Shown: in pieces, positions 1 through 17,200 of the stretch
How positions within the stretch are numbered: the stretch's first letter is position 1
Layout of the letters: every line of letters starts with the position of its first letter
Source: Eledone cirrhosa
Taxonomy: Eukaryota
Direction of reading: 5' to 3'
Assembly (NCBI GenBank): GCA_964016885.1
Contig: OZ024742.1
Span: forward strand, 323,702,001 to 323,766,000
DNA: 64,000 nucleotides
The notes under the pieces: model-generated
What the model was told of the DNA's origin: nothing
The model's database searches: none
The model's input: only the letters and a program-made list of their open reading frames with translations
Made by a program: the position numbers and the translations under genes

Positions 1-3000
1 CACACTACTGCCATCTACAACACACTACTGCCATCTACAACAGACTACCGCCATCTACAACACACTACTGCCATCTACCACACACTACCTCCATCTACCA
101 CACACTACCTCCATCTACAACACACTACTGCCATCTACAACACACTACCGCCATCTACAACACACTACTGCCATCTACAAAGCACTATCGCCATCTACAA
201 CACACTACCGCCATCTACAACACACTACCGCCATCTACAACACACTACCGCCATCTACAAAACACTACCGCCATCTACAACACACTACCACCATCTACAA
301 AACACTACCGCCATCTACAACACACTACCGCCATCTACAACACACTACCGCCATCTACAACACACTACCGCCATCTACAACACACTACCGCCATCTACAA
401 CACACTACTTCCATCTACAACACACTACTTCCATCTACAACACACTACATCCATCTACAACACACTACTGCCATCTACAACACACTACTGCCATCTACAA
501 CACACTACTGCCATCTACAACACAATATCTCCATCTACAACACACTATCTCCATCTACAACACACTACTGCCATCTACAACACACTACTGCCATCTACAA
601 CACACTACCGCCATCTAACACACACTACCTCCATCTACAACACACTACCTCCATCTACAACACACTACTGCCATCTACAACACACTATCGCCATCTACAA
701 CACACTACTGCCATCTACAACACTCTACCTCCATCTACAACACGTTACTTCCATCTACAAAACTCTACCTCCATCTACAACACACTACTTCCATCTACAA
801 CACACTACTTCCATCTACAACACACTACCTCCATCTACAACACACTACCTCCATCTACAACACACTACTTCCATCTACAACACACTACTTCTATATACAA
901 CACACTACTTCCATCTACAACACACTACTTCCATCTACAACACACTACTTCCATCTACAACACACCACTTCCATCTACAACACACTATCGTCATCTGCAA
1001 CACACTTCTGCCATCTACAACACACTATCGCTATCTACAACACACTACCGCCATCTACAACACACTACCGCCATCTATAACACACTACTGCCATCTACAA
1101 CACACTACTGCCATCTACAACACACTACTGCCATCTACAACAGACTACCGCCATCTACAACACACTACTGCCATCTACAACACACTACTGCCATCTACAA
1201 CACACTACTACCGTCTACAACACACTACCATCTACAACACACTACCTTCATCAACAACACACTACCACCATCTACAACACACTACCACCATCTACAACAA
1301 ACTACTGCCATCTTCAACACACTACTGCCATCTACAACACACTACTGCCATCTACAACAGACTACCGCCATCTACAACACACTACTGCCATCTACCACAC
1401 ACTACCTCCATCTACCACACACTACCTCCATCTACAACACACTACTGCCATCTACAACACACTACCGCCATCTACAACACACTACTGCCATCTACAAAGC
1501 ACTATCGCCATCTACAACACACTACCGCCATCTACAACACACTACCGCCATCTACAACACACTACCGCCATCTACAAAACACTACCGCCATCTACAACAC
1601 ACTACCACCATCTACAAAACACTACCGCCATCTACAACACACTACCGCCATCTACAACACACTACCGCCATCTACAACACACTACCGCCATCTACAACAC
1701 ACTACCGCCATCTACAACACACTACTTCCATCTACAACACACTACTTCCATCTACAACACACTACATCCATCTACAACACACTACTGCCATCTACAACAC
1801 ACTATCGCCATCTACAACACACTACTTCCATCTAGAACACACTACTTCCATCTACAACACTATCGCCATCTACCACACACTACCTCCATCTACAACACAC
1901 TACTGCCATCTACAACACACTATCGCCATCTACAACACACTACCACCATCTACAACACACTACCGCCATCTACAACACACTACCGCCATCTACAAAACAC
2001 TACCGCCATCTACAACACACTACCGCCATCTACAACACACTACCGCCATCTACAACACACTACCGCCATCTACAAAACACTACTTCCATCTACAACACAC
2101 TACTTCCATCTACAACACACTACTTCCATCAACAAAACACTACTGCCATCTACAACACACTACCACCATCTACAATACACTACCTCCATCCACAACACAC
2201 TACTTACATCTACAACACACTACCGCCGTCTACAATGCACTCCCGCCATCTACAACGCACTACCGGCATCCACAACACACTACCACCATCTACAACACAC
2301 TACCGCCATCTACAACACACTACTTCCATCTACAACACGCTACCGCCATCTACAAAACACTACCGCCATCTACAACACACTACCGCCATCTACAACACAC
2401 TACTGCCATCTACAACACACTATCGCCATCTACCACACACTATCGCCATCTACAACACACTACTGCCATCTACAACACACTACTTCCATCTACAACACAC
2501 TACTTCCATCTACAACACACTACTGCCATCTACAACACATTACCTCCATCTACAACACACTACTGCCATCTACACCACACTACCTCCATCTACAACACAC
2601 TACCGCCATCTAAAACACACTACAGCCATCTACAACACACTACCGCCATCTACAACGCACTGACGCCATCTACAAAGCGATACTGCCATCTACAACACAC
2701 TACTGCCATCTACAACACACTATCGCCATCTACAACACACTACCGCCATCTACAACAGACTACCGCCATCTACAACACACTACTGCCATCTACAACACTC
2801 TACCGCCATCTATAACACACTACTGCCATCTACAACACACTACTGCCATCTACAACACACTACTGCCATCTTCAACACACTACTGCCTTCTACAACACAC
2901 TACCGCCATCTACAACAGACTACCGCCATCTACAACACACTACTGCCATCTATAACACACTACTGCCATCTACAACACACTACTGCCATCTACAACACAC

Positions 3001-6000
3001 TACTTCCATCTACAACACGCTACTTCTATATACAACACACTACTTCCATCTACAACACACTACTTCCATCTACAACACACTACTTCCATCTACAACACAC
3101 CACTTCCATCTACAACACAGTATCGCCATCTACAACACACTACCGCCATCTACAACACACTATCGCTATCTACAACACACTACCGGCATCTACAACACAC
3201 TACCGCCATCTACAACACACTACTGCCATCTACAACACACTACCGCCATCTACAACACACTACCGCCATCTATAACACACTACTGCCATCTACAACACAC
3301 TACTGCCATCTACAACACACTACTGCCATCTACAACACACTACTTCCATCTACAACACACTTCTTCCATCTACAACACACCACTTCCATCTACAACACAC
3401 TATCGCCATCTACAACACACTACCGCCATCTACAACACACTATCGCTATCTACAACACACTACCGGCATCTACAACACACTACCGCCATCTACAACACAC
3501 TACTGCCATCTACAACACACTACCGCCATCTACAACACACTACCGCCATCTACAACACACTACTGCCATCTACAACACACTACCGCCATCTACAACACAC
3601 TACCGCCATCTACAACAGACTACCGCCATCTACAACACACTACTGCCATCTACAACACACTACTGCCATCTACAACACAATATCTCCATCTACAACACAC
3701 TATCTCCATCTACAACACACTACTGCCATCTACAACACACTACTGCCATCTACAACACACTACCGCCATCTACCACACACTACCTCCATCTACAACACAC
3801 TACCTCCATCTACAACACACTACTGCCATCTACAACACACTATCGCCCTCTACAACACACTACTGCCATCTACAACACTCTACCTCCATCTACAACACGT
3901 TACTTCCATCTACAAAACTCTACCTCCATCTACAACACACTACTTCCATCTACAACACACTACTTCCATCTACAACACACTACCTCCATCTACAACACAC
4001 TACTTCCATCTACAACACACTACTTCTATATACAACACACTACTTCCATCTACAACACACTACTTCCATCTACAACACACTACTTCGATCTACAACACAC
4101 TATCGTCATCTGCAACACACTACTGCCATCTACAACACACTATCGCTATCTACAACACACTACCGGCATCTACAACACACTACCGCCATCTACAACACAC
4201 TACCGCCATCTACAACACACTACCGCCATCTACAACACACTACCGCCATCTATAACACACTACTGCCATCTACAACACACTACTGCCATCTACAACACAC
4301 TACTGCCATCTACAACACACTACTGCCATCTACAACAGACTACCGCCATCTACAACACACTACTGCCATCTACAACACACTACTGCCATCTACAACACAC
4401 TACTACCGTCTACAACACACTACCATCTACAACACACTACCTTCATCAACAACACACTACCACCATCTACAACACACTACCACCATCTACAACACACTAC
4501 TGCCATCTTCAACACACTACTGCCATCTACAACACACTACTGCTATCTACAACAGACTACCGCCATCTACAACACACTACTGCCATCTACCACACACTAC
4601 CGCCATCTACAACACACTACCGCCATCTATAACACACTACTGCCATCTACAACACACTACTGCCATCTACAACACACTACTGCCATCTACAACACACTAC
4701 TTCCATCTACAACACACTACTTCCATCTACAACACACCACTTCCATCTACAACACACTATCGCCATCTACAACACACTACCGCCATCTACAACACACTAT
4801 CGCTATCTACAACACACTACCGGCATCTACAACACACTACCGCCATCTACAACACACTACTGCCATCTACAACACACTACCGCCATCTACAACACACTAC
4901 CGCCATCTACAACACACTACTGCCATCTACAACACACTACCGCCATCTACAACACACTACCGCCATCTACAACAGACTACCGCCATCTACAACACACTAC
5001 TGCCATCTACAACACACTACTGCCATCTACAACACAATATCTCCATCTACAACACACTATCTCCATCTACAACACACTACTGCCATCTACAACACACTAC
5101 TGCCATCTACAACACACTACCGCCATCTACCACACACTACCTCCATCTACAACACACTACCGCCATCTACAACACACTACTGCCATCTACAACACACTAT
5201 CGCCCTCTACAACACACTACTGCCAACTACAACACTCTACCTCCATCTACAACACGTTACTTCCATCTACAAAACTCTACCTCCATCTACAACACACTAC
5301 TTCCATCTACAACACACTACTTCCATCTACAACACACTACCTCCATCTACAACACACTACTTCCATCTACAACACACTACTTCTATATACAACACACTAC
5401 TTCCATCTACAACACACTACTTCCATCTACAACACACTACTTCGATCTACAACACACTATCGTCATCTGCAACACACTACTGCCATCTACAACACACTAT
5501 CGCTATCTACAACACACTACCGGCATCTACAACACACTACCGCCATCTACAACACACTACCGCCATCTACAACACACTACCGCCATCTACAACACACTAC
5601 CGCCATCTATAACACACTACTGCCATCTACAACACACTACTGCCATCTACAACACACTACTGCCATCTACAACACACTACTGCCATCTACAACAGACTAC
5701 CGCCATCTACAACACACTACTGCCATCTACAACACACTACTGCCATCTACAACACACTACTACCGTCTACAACACACTACCATCTACAACACACTACCTT
5801 CATCAACAACACACTACCACCATCTACAACACACTACCACCATCTACAACACACTACTGCCATCTTCAACACACTACTGCCATCTACAACACACTACTGC
5901 TATCTACAACAGACTACCGCCATCTACAACACACTACTGCCATCTACCACACACTACCTCCATCTACAACACACTACCTCAATCTACAACACACTACTGC

Positions 6001-9000
6001 CATCTACAACACACTACCGCCATCTACAACACACTACTGCCATCTACAACACACTACTGCCATCTACAACAGACTACCGCCATCTACAACACACTACTGC
6101 CATCTACAACACACTACTGCCATCTACAACACACTACTACCGTCTACAACACACTACCATCTACAACACACTACCTTCATCAACAACACACTACCACCAT
6201 CTACAACACACTACCACCATCTACAACACACTACTGCCATCTTCAACACACTACTGCCATCTACAACACACTACTGCTATCTACAACAGACTACCGCCAT
6301 CTACAACACACTACTGCCATCTACCACACACTACCTCCATCTACAACACACTATCGCCATCTACAACACACTACCGCCATCTACAACACACTACCGCCAT
6401 CTACAACACACTACCGCCATCTACAAAACACTACCGCCATCTACAACACACTACCGCCATCTACAAAACACTACCGCCATCTACAACACACTACCGCCAT
6501 CTACAACACACTACCGCCATCTACAACACACTACCGCTATCTACAACACACTACCGCCATCTACAACACACTACTTCCATCTACAACACACTACTTCCAT
6601 CTACAACACACTACATCCATCTACAACACACTACTGCCATCTACAACACACTATCGCCATCTACAACACACTATCGCCATCTACAACACACTACTTCCAT
6701 CTAGAACACACTACTTCCATCTAGAACACACTACTTCCATCTACAACACTATCGCCATCTACCACACACTACCTCCATCTACAACACACTACTGCCATCT
6801 ACAACACACTATCGCCATCTACAACACACTACCACCATCTACAACACACTACCGCCATCTACAACACACTACTGCCATCTACAAAACACTACCGCCATCT
6901 ACAACACACTACCGCCATCTACAACACACTACCGCCATCTACAACACACTACCGCCATCTACAACACACTACCGCCATCTACAACACACTACTTCCATCT
7001 ACAACACACTACTTCCATCTACAACACACTACTTCCATCAACAAAACACTACCACCATCCACAATACACTACCACCATCCACAATACACTACCTCCATCC
7101 ACAACACACTACTTCCATCTACAACACACTACCGCCGTCTACAATGCACTCCCGCCATCTACAACGCACTACCGGCATCCACAACACACTACCACCATCT
7201 ACAACACACTACCGCCATCTACAACACACTACTTCCATCTACAACACACTACTGCCATCTACAACACACTACCGCCATCTACAAAACACTACCGCCATCT
7301 ACAACACACTACCGCCATCTACAACACACTACTGCCATCTACAACACACTATCGCCATCTACCACACACTATCGCCATCTACAACACACTACTGCCATCT
7401 ACAACACACTACTTCCATCTACAACACACTACTTCCATCTACAACACACTACTGCCATCTACAACACATTACCTCCATCTACAACACACTACTGCCATCT
7501 ACACCACACTACCTCCATCTACAACACACTACCGCCATCTAAAACACACTACAGCCATCTACAACACACTACCGCCATCTACAACGCACTGCCGCCATCT
7601 ACAAAGCGCTACTGCCATCTACAACACACTACTGCCATCTACAACACACTATCGCCATCTACAACACACTACTGCCATCTACAACAGACTACCGCCATCT
7701 ACAACACACTACTGCCATCTACAACACACTACCGCCATCTATAACACACTACTGCCATCTACAACACACTACTGCCATCTACAACACACTACTGCCATCT
7801 TCAACACACTACTGCCATCTACAACACACTACCGCCATCTACAACAGACTACCGCCATCTACAACACACTACTGCCATCTATAACACACTACTGCCATCT
7901 ACAACACACTACTTCCATCTACAACACACTACTTCTATATACAACACACTACTTCCATCTACAACACACTACTTCCATCTACAACACACTACTTCCATCT
8001 ACAACACACCACTTCCATCTACAACACAGTATCGCCATCTACAACACACTACCGCCATCTACAACACACTATCGCTATCTACAACACACTACTGGCATCT
8101 ACAACACACTACCGCCATCTACAACACACTACTGCCATCTACAACACACTACCGCCATCTACAACACACTACCGCCATCTATAACACACTACTGCCATCT
8201 ACAACACACTACTGCCATCTACAACACACTACTGCCATCTACAACACACTACTTCCATCTACAACACACTACTTCCATCTACAACACACCACTTCCATCT
8301 ACAACACACTATCGCCATCTACAACACACTACCGCCATCTACAACACACTATCGCTATCTACAACACACTACCGCCATCTACAACACACTACTGCCATCT
8401 ACAACACACTACCGCCATCTACAACACACTACCGCCATCTACAACAAACTACTGCCATCTACAACACACTACCGCCATCTACAACACACTACCACCATTT
8501 ACAACAGACTACCGCCATCTACAACACACTACTGCCATCTACAACACACTACTGCCATCTACAACACAATATCTCCATCTACAACACACTATCTCCATCT
8601 ACAACACACTACTGCCATCTACAACACACTACTGCCATCTACAACACACTACTACCGTCTACAACACACTACTTCCATCTACAACACACCACTTCCATCT
8701 ACAACACACTATCGTCATCTGCAACACACTACCGCCATCTACAACACACTATCGCTATCTACAACACACTACCGGCATCTACAACACACTACCGCCATCT
8801 ACAACACACTACTGCCATCTACAACACACTACCGCCATCTACAACACACTACCGCCATCTATAACACACTACTGCCATCTACAACACACTACTGCCATCT
8901 ACAACACACTACTGCCATCTACAACACACTACTGCCATCTACAACAGACTACCGCCATCTACAACACACTACTGCCATCTACAACACACTACTGCCATCT

Positions 9001-12000
9001 ACAACACACTACTACCGTCTACAACACACTACCATCTACAACACACTACCTTCATCAACAACACACTACCACCATCTACAACACACTACCACCATCTACA
9101 ACACACTACTGTCATCTTCAACACACTACTGCCATCTACAACACACTACTGCCATCTACAACAGACTACCGCCATCTACAACACACTACTGCCATCTACC
9201 ACACACTACCTCCATCTACAACACTCTACCTCCATCTACAACACACTACTGCCATCTACAACACACTACCGCCATCTACAACACACTACTGCCATCTACA
9301 AAGCACTACTGCCATCTACAACACACTATCGCCATCTACAACACACTACCGCCATCTACAACACACTACCGCCATCTACAACACACTACCGCCATCTACA
9401 AAACACTACCGCCATCTACAACACACTACCGCCATCTACAACACACTACCGCCATCTACAAAACAGTACCGCCATCTACAAAACACTACCGCCATCTACA
9501 ACACACTACCGCCATCTACAACACACTACCGCCATCTACAACACACTACTTCCATCTACAACACACTACTTCCATCTACAACACACTACATCCATCTACA
9601 ACACACTACTGCCATCTACAACACACTATCGCCATCTACAACACACTATCGCCATCTACCACACACTACCTCCATCTACAACACACTACTGCCATCTACA
9701 ACACACTATCGCCATCTACAACACACTACCACCATCTACAACACACTACCGCCATCTACAACACACTACCGCCATCTACAAAATACTACCGCCATCTACA
9801 ACACACTACCGCCATCTACAACACACTACCGCCATCTACAACACACTACCGCCATCTACAACACACTACTTCCATCTACAACACACTACTTCCATCTACA
9901 ACACACTACCACCATCCACAATACACTACCTCCATCCACAACACACTACTTCCATCTACAACACACTACCGCCGTCTACAATGCACTCCCGCCATCTACA
10001 ACGCACTACCGGCATCCACAACACACTACCACCATCTACAACACACTACCGCCATCTACAACACACTACTTCCATCTACAACACACTACTGCCATCTACA
10101 ACACACTACCGCCATCTACAAAACACTACCGCCATCTACAACACACTACCGCCATCTACAACACACTACTGCCATCTACAACACACTATCGCCATCTACC
10201 ACACACTATCGCCATCTACAACACACTACTGCCATCTACAACACACTACTTCCATCTACACCACACTACCGCCATCTAAAACACACTACAGGCATCTACA
10301 ACACACTACCGCCATCTACAACGCACTGCCGCCATCTACAAAGCGCTACTGCCATCTACAACACACTACTGCCATCTACAACACACTATCGCCATCTACA
10401 ACACACTACTACCATCTACAACAGACTACCGCCATCTACAACACACCACTGCCATCTACAACACACTACCGCCATCTATAACACACTACTGCCATCTACA
10501 ACACACTACTGCCATCTACAACACACTACTGCCATCTTCAACACACTACTGCCATCTACAACACACTACCGCCATCTACAACAGACTACCGCCATCTACA
10601 ACACACTACTGCCATCTATAACACACTACTGCCATCTACAACACACTACTGCCATCTACAACACACTACTTCCATCTACAACACACTACTTCTATATACA
10701 ACACACTACTTCCATCTACAACACACTACTTCCATCTACAACACACTACTTCCATCTACAACACACCACTTCCATCTACAACACAGTATCGCCATCTACA
10801 ACACACTACCGCCATCTACAACACATTATCGCTATCTACAACACACTACCGGCATCTACAACACACTACCGCCATCTACAACACACTACTGCCATCTACA
10901 ACACACTACCGCCATCTACAACACACTACCGCCATCTATAACACACTACTGCCATCTACAACACACTACTGCCATCTACAACACACTACTGCCATCTACA
11001 ACACACTACTTCCATCTACAACACACTACTTCCATCTACAACACACCACTTCCATCTACAACACACTATCGCCATCTACAACACACTACCGCCATCTACA
11101 ACACACTATCGCTATCTACAACACACTACCGGCATCTACAACACACTACCTCCATCTACAACACACTACTGCCATCTACAACACACTACCGCCATCTACA
11201 ACACACTACCGCCATCTACAACACACTACTGCCATCTACAACACACTACCGCCATCTACAACACACTACCGCCATCTACAACAGACTACCGCCATCTACA
11301 ACACAGTACTGCCATCTACAACACACTACTGCCATCTACAACACAATATCTCCATCTACAACACACTACTGCCATCTACAACACACTACTGCCATCTACA
11401 ACACACTACCGCCATCTACCACACACTACCTCCATCTACAACACACTACCTCCATCTACAACACACTACTGCCATCTACAACACACTATCGCCATCTACA
11501 ACACACTACTGCCATCTACAACACTCTACCTCCATCTACAACACATTACTTCCATCTACAAAACTCTACCTCCATCTACAACACACTACTTCCATCTACA
11601 ACACACTACCTCCATCTACAACACACTACTTCCATCTACAACACACTACTTCTATATACAACACACTACTTCCATCTACAACACACTACTTCCATCTACA
11701 ACACACTACTTCCATCTACAACACACCACTTCCATCTACAACACACTATCGTTATCTGCAACACACTACCGCCATCTACAACACACTATCGCTATCTACA
11801 ACACACTACCGGCATCTACAACACACTACCGCCATCTACAACACACTACTGCCATCTACAACACACTACCGCCATCTACAACACACTACCGCCATCTATA
11901 ACACACTACTGCCATCTACAACACACTACTGCCATCTACAACACACTACTGCCATCTACAACAGACTACCGCCATCTACAACACACTACTGCCATCTACA

Positions 12001-13876
12001 ACACACTACTGCCATCTACAACACACTACTACCGTCTACAACACACTAACATCTACAACACACTACCTTCATCAACAACACACTACCACCATCTACAACA
12101 CACTACCACCATCTACAACACACTACTGCCATCTTCAACACACTACTGCCATCTACAACACACTACTGCCATCTACAACAGACTACCGCCATCTACAACA
12201 CACTACTGCCATCTACCACACACCACCTCCATCTACAACACACTACCTCCATCTACAACACACTACTGCCATCTACAACACACTACCGCCATCTACAACA
12301 CACTACTGCCATCTACAAAGCACTACTGCCATCTACAACACACTACCGCCATCTACAACACACTACCGCCATCTACAACACACTACCGCCATCTACAAAA
12401 CACTACCGCCATCTACAACACACTACCGCCATCTACAAAACACTACCGCCATCTACAACACACTACCGCCATCTACAACACACTACCGCCATCTACAACA
12501 CACTACCGCCATCTACAACACACTACCGCCATCTACAACACACTACTTCCATCTACAACACACTACTTCCATCTACAACACACTACATCCATCTACAACA
12601 CACTACTGCCATCTACAACACACTATCGCCATCTACAACACACTACTTCCATCTAGAACACACTACTTCCATCTAAAACACTATCGCCATCTACCACACA
12701 CTACCTCCATCTACAACACACTACTGCCATCTACAACACACTACTGCCATCTACAACACACTATCGCCATCTACAACACACTACCACCATCTACAACACA
12801 CTACCGCCATCTACAACACACTACCGCCATCTACAAAACACTACCGCCATCTACAACACACTACCGCCATCTACAACACACTACCGCCATCTACAACACA
12901 CTACCGCCATCTACAACACACTACCGCCATCTACAACACACTACTTCCATCTACAACACACTACTTCCATCTACAACACACTACTTCCATCAACAAAACA
13001 CTACTGCCATCTACAACACACTACCACCATCCACAACACACTACTTCCATCTACAACACACTACCGCCGTCTACAATGCACTCCCGCCATCTACAACGCA
13101 CTACCGGCATCCACAACACACTACCACCATCTACAACACACTACCGCCATCTAAAACACACTACAGCCATCTACAACACACTACCGCCACCTACAACGCA
13201 CTGCCGCCATCTACAAAGCGCTACTGCCATCTACAACACACTACTGCCATCTACAACACACTATCGCCATCTACAACACACTACTGCCATCTACAACAGA
13301 CTACCGTCATCTACAACACACTACTGCCATCTACAACACACTACCGCCATCTATAACACACTACTGCCATCTACAACACACTACTGCCATCTACAACACA
13401 CTACTGCCATCTTCAACACACTACTGCCATCTACAACACACTACCGCCATCTACAACAGACTACCGCCATCTACAACACACTACTGCCATCTATAACACA
13501 CTACTGCCATCTACAACACACTACTGCCATCTACAACACACTACTGCCATCTACAACACACTACTTCCATCTACAACACACTACTTCTATATACAACACA
13601 CTACTTCTATATACAACACACTACTTCCATCTACAACACACTACTTCCATCTACAACACACTACTTCCATCTACAACACACCACTTCCATCTACAACACA
13701 GTATCGCCATCTACAACACACTACCGCCATCTACAACACACTATCGCTATCTACAACACACTACCGGCATCTACAACACACTACCGCCATCTACAACACA
13801 CTACCGCCATCTACAACACACTACCGCCATCTACAACACACTACCGCCATCTATAACACACTACTGCCATCTACAA
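1..13876. repeat. Left sub-array with an irregular higher-order repeat of about 3 kb
   Basis: The marker CCGCCGTCTACAATGCACTCCCG recurs with its ATG at 2235, 7144, 9981 and 13076 (spacings 4909, 2837, 3095). The 4909 interval contains internal 1357 and 377 bp repeats, leaving 3175. Confidence 0.85.
3236..5949. repeat. Tandem duplication of a 1357-bp block (3236-4592 / 4593-5949)
   Basis: Rare variants TCGCCCTC, CTTCGATC and CTGCTATC, and the 17-bp monomer (4416/5773), recur at a 1357-bp offset. Confidence 0.9.
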
Positions 13877-14295
13877 CACACTTCCGCCATCTACTACACA
13901 CTACCTCCATCTACAACACACTACTGCCATCTACAACACACTACCGCCATCTACAACACACTACTGCCATCTACAACACACTTCGCCATCTACAACACAC
14001 TACCTCCATCTACAATACACTACTGCCATCTACAACACACTTCCGCCATCTACTACACACTACCTCCATCTACAACACACTACTGCCATCTACAACACAC
14101 TACCGCCATCTACAATACACTACTGCCATCTACAACACACTTCCGCCATCTACTACACACTACCTCCATCTACAACACACTACTGCCATCTACAACACAC
14201 TACTGCCATCTACAACACACTACTGCCATCTACAACACAATTCCGCCATCTACCACATACTACCTCCATCTACAACACACTACTGCCATATACAA

Positions 14296-17200
14296 CACAC
14301 TACTGCCATCTTCAACACACTACTGCCATCTACAACACACTACCGCCATCTACAACAGACTACCGCCATCTACAACACACTACTGCCATCTATAACACAC
14401 TACTGCCATCTACAACACACTACTGCCATCTACAACACACTACTGCCATCTACAACACACTACTGCCATCTACAACAGACTACCGCCATCTACAACACAC
14501 TACTGCCATCTACAAAGCACTACTGCCATCTACAACACACTATCGCCATCTACAACACACTACCGCCATCTACAACACACTAGCGCCATCTTCAACACAC
14601 TACCGCCATCTAAAAAACACTACCGCCATCTACAACACACTACCGACATTTAAAAAACACTACCGCCATCTACAACACACTATCGCCATCTACAACACAC
14701 TACCGCCATCTATAACACACTACCGCCATCTACAACACACTACCGCCATCTACAACACACTACCGCCATCTACAACACACTACTTCCATCTACAACACAC
14801 TACTTCCATCTACAACACACTACATCCATCTACAAGACACTACTGCCATCTACAACACACTATCGCCATCTACAACATACTACTTCCATCTAGAACACAC
14901 TACTTCCATCTACAACACTATCCTCATCTACCACACACTACCTCCATCTACAACACACTACTGCCATCTACAACACACTATCGCCATCTACAACACACTA
15001 CCACCATCTACAACACACTACCGCCATCTACAACACACTACCGCCATCTACAACACACTACCGCCATCTACAACACACTACCGCCATCTACAACACACTA
15101 CCGCCATCTACAACACACTACCGCCATCTACAACACACTACTTCCATCTCCAACACACTACTTCCATCGCCAACACACTACTTCCATCTACAACACACTA
15201 CTGCCATCTACAACACACTATCGCCATCTACAACACACTACCGCCATCTACAACACACTAATGCCATCTACAACACACTACTGCCATCTACAACACAATA
15301 TCTCCATCTACAACACACTATCTCCATCTACAATACACTACTGCCATCTACAACACACTACTGCCATCTACAACACACTACCACCATCTACAACACACTA
15401 TCGCCATCTACAACACACTACCGCCATCTACAACACACTAATGCCATCTACAACACACTACTGCCATCTACAACACAATATCTCCATCTACAACACACTA
15501 TCTCCATCTACAATACACTACTGCCATCTACAACACACTACTGCCATCTACAACAAACTACCGCCATCTACCACACATTACCTCCATCTACAACACACTA
15601 CCTCCATCTACAACACACTACTGCCATCTACAACACACTATCGCCATCTACAACACACTACTGCCATCTACAACACTCTACCTCCATCTACAACACATTA
15701 CTTCCATCTACAAAACTCTACCTCCATCTACAACACACTACTTCCATCTACAACACACTACTTCCATCTACAACACACTACTTCCATCTACAACACACTA
15801 CTTCTATATTCAACACACTACTTCCATCTACAACACACTACTTCCATCTACAACACACTACTTCCATCTACAACACACCACTTCCATCTACAACACACTA
15901 TCGCCATCTACAACACACTACCGCCATCTACAACACACTATCGCTATCTACAACACACTACCGGCATCTACAACACACTACCGCCATCTACAACACACTA
16001 CTGCCATCTACAACACACTACCGCCATCTACAACACACTACCGCCATCTATAACACACTACTGCCATCTACAACACACTACTGCCATCTACAACACACTA
16101 CTGCCATCTACAACACACTACTTCCATCTACAACACACTACTGCCATCTATAACACACTACTACCGTCTACAACACACTACCACCATCTACAACACACTA
16201 CCACCATCTACAACACACTACTGCCATCTACAACACACTACTGCCATCTACAACACACTACCGCCATCTACCACACACTATCTCCATCTACAACACACTA
16301 CCTCCATCTACAACACACTACTGCCATCTACAACACACTACCGCACTATACAACACACTACTGCCATCTACAACACACTACTGCCATCTACAACACACTA
16401 CTGCCATCTACAACACACTACTTTCATTTACAACACACTACTTTCATTTACAACACACTATCGCCATCTACTAAACACTACTGCCATCTACAAAACACTA
16501 CTGCCATCTAAAACACACTACCACCATCTACAACACACTTCCACCATCTACAACACACTACTGCCATCTACAACACGTTACCTCCATCTGCAACACACTA
16601 CTGCCATCTACACCACACTACCTCCATCTACAACACACTACCGCCGTCTAAAACACACTACAGCCATCTACAACACACTACCGCCATCTACAACACACTA
16701 CTGCCATCTACACCACACTACCTCCATCTACAACACACTACCGCCATCTACAACACACTACCGCCATCTATAACGCACTGCCGCCATCTATATCGCACTA
16801 CCGCCGTCTACAAAGCGCAACTGCCATCTACAACACACTACTGCCATCTACAACACACTATCGCCATCTACCACACACTATCGCCATCTACAACACACTA
16901 CTGCCATCTACAACACACTACTTCCATCTACAACACACTACTTCCATCTACAACACACTACTGCCATCTACAACACATTACCTCCATCTACAACACACTA
17001 CTGCCATCTACACCACACTACCTCCATCTACAACACACTACCGCCATCTAAAATACACTACAGCCATCTACAACACACTACCGCCATCTACAACACACTA
17101 CTGCCATCTACAACGCACTGCCGCCATCTACATCGCACTACCGCCATCTACAAAGCGCTACTGCCATCTACAACACACTACCGCCATCTACAACACACTA

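Noticed and set aside
881-900. TATA-like CTATATAC variant monomers as promoters
   Set aside because: These are two substitutions in a CTT monomer, copied with its block, with no promoter context.
1258-1297. Chi-like GATGGTGG on the - strand of CCA-slot monomers
   Set aside because: It is only a 7/8 match to E. coli Chi (GCTGGTGG), occurs in a minority allele, and has no demonstrable relevance here.
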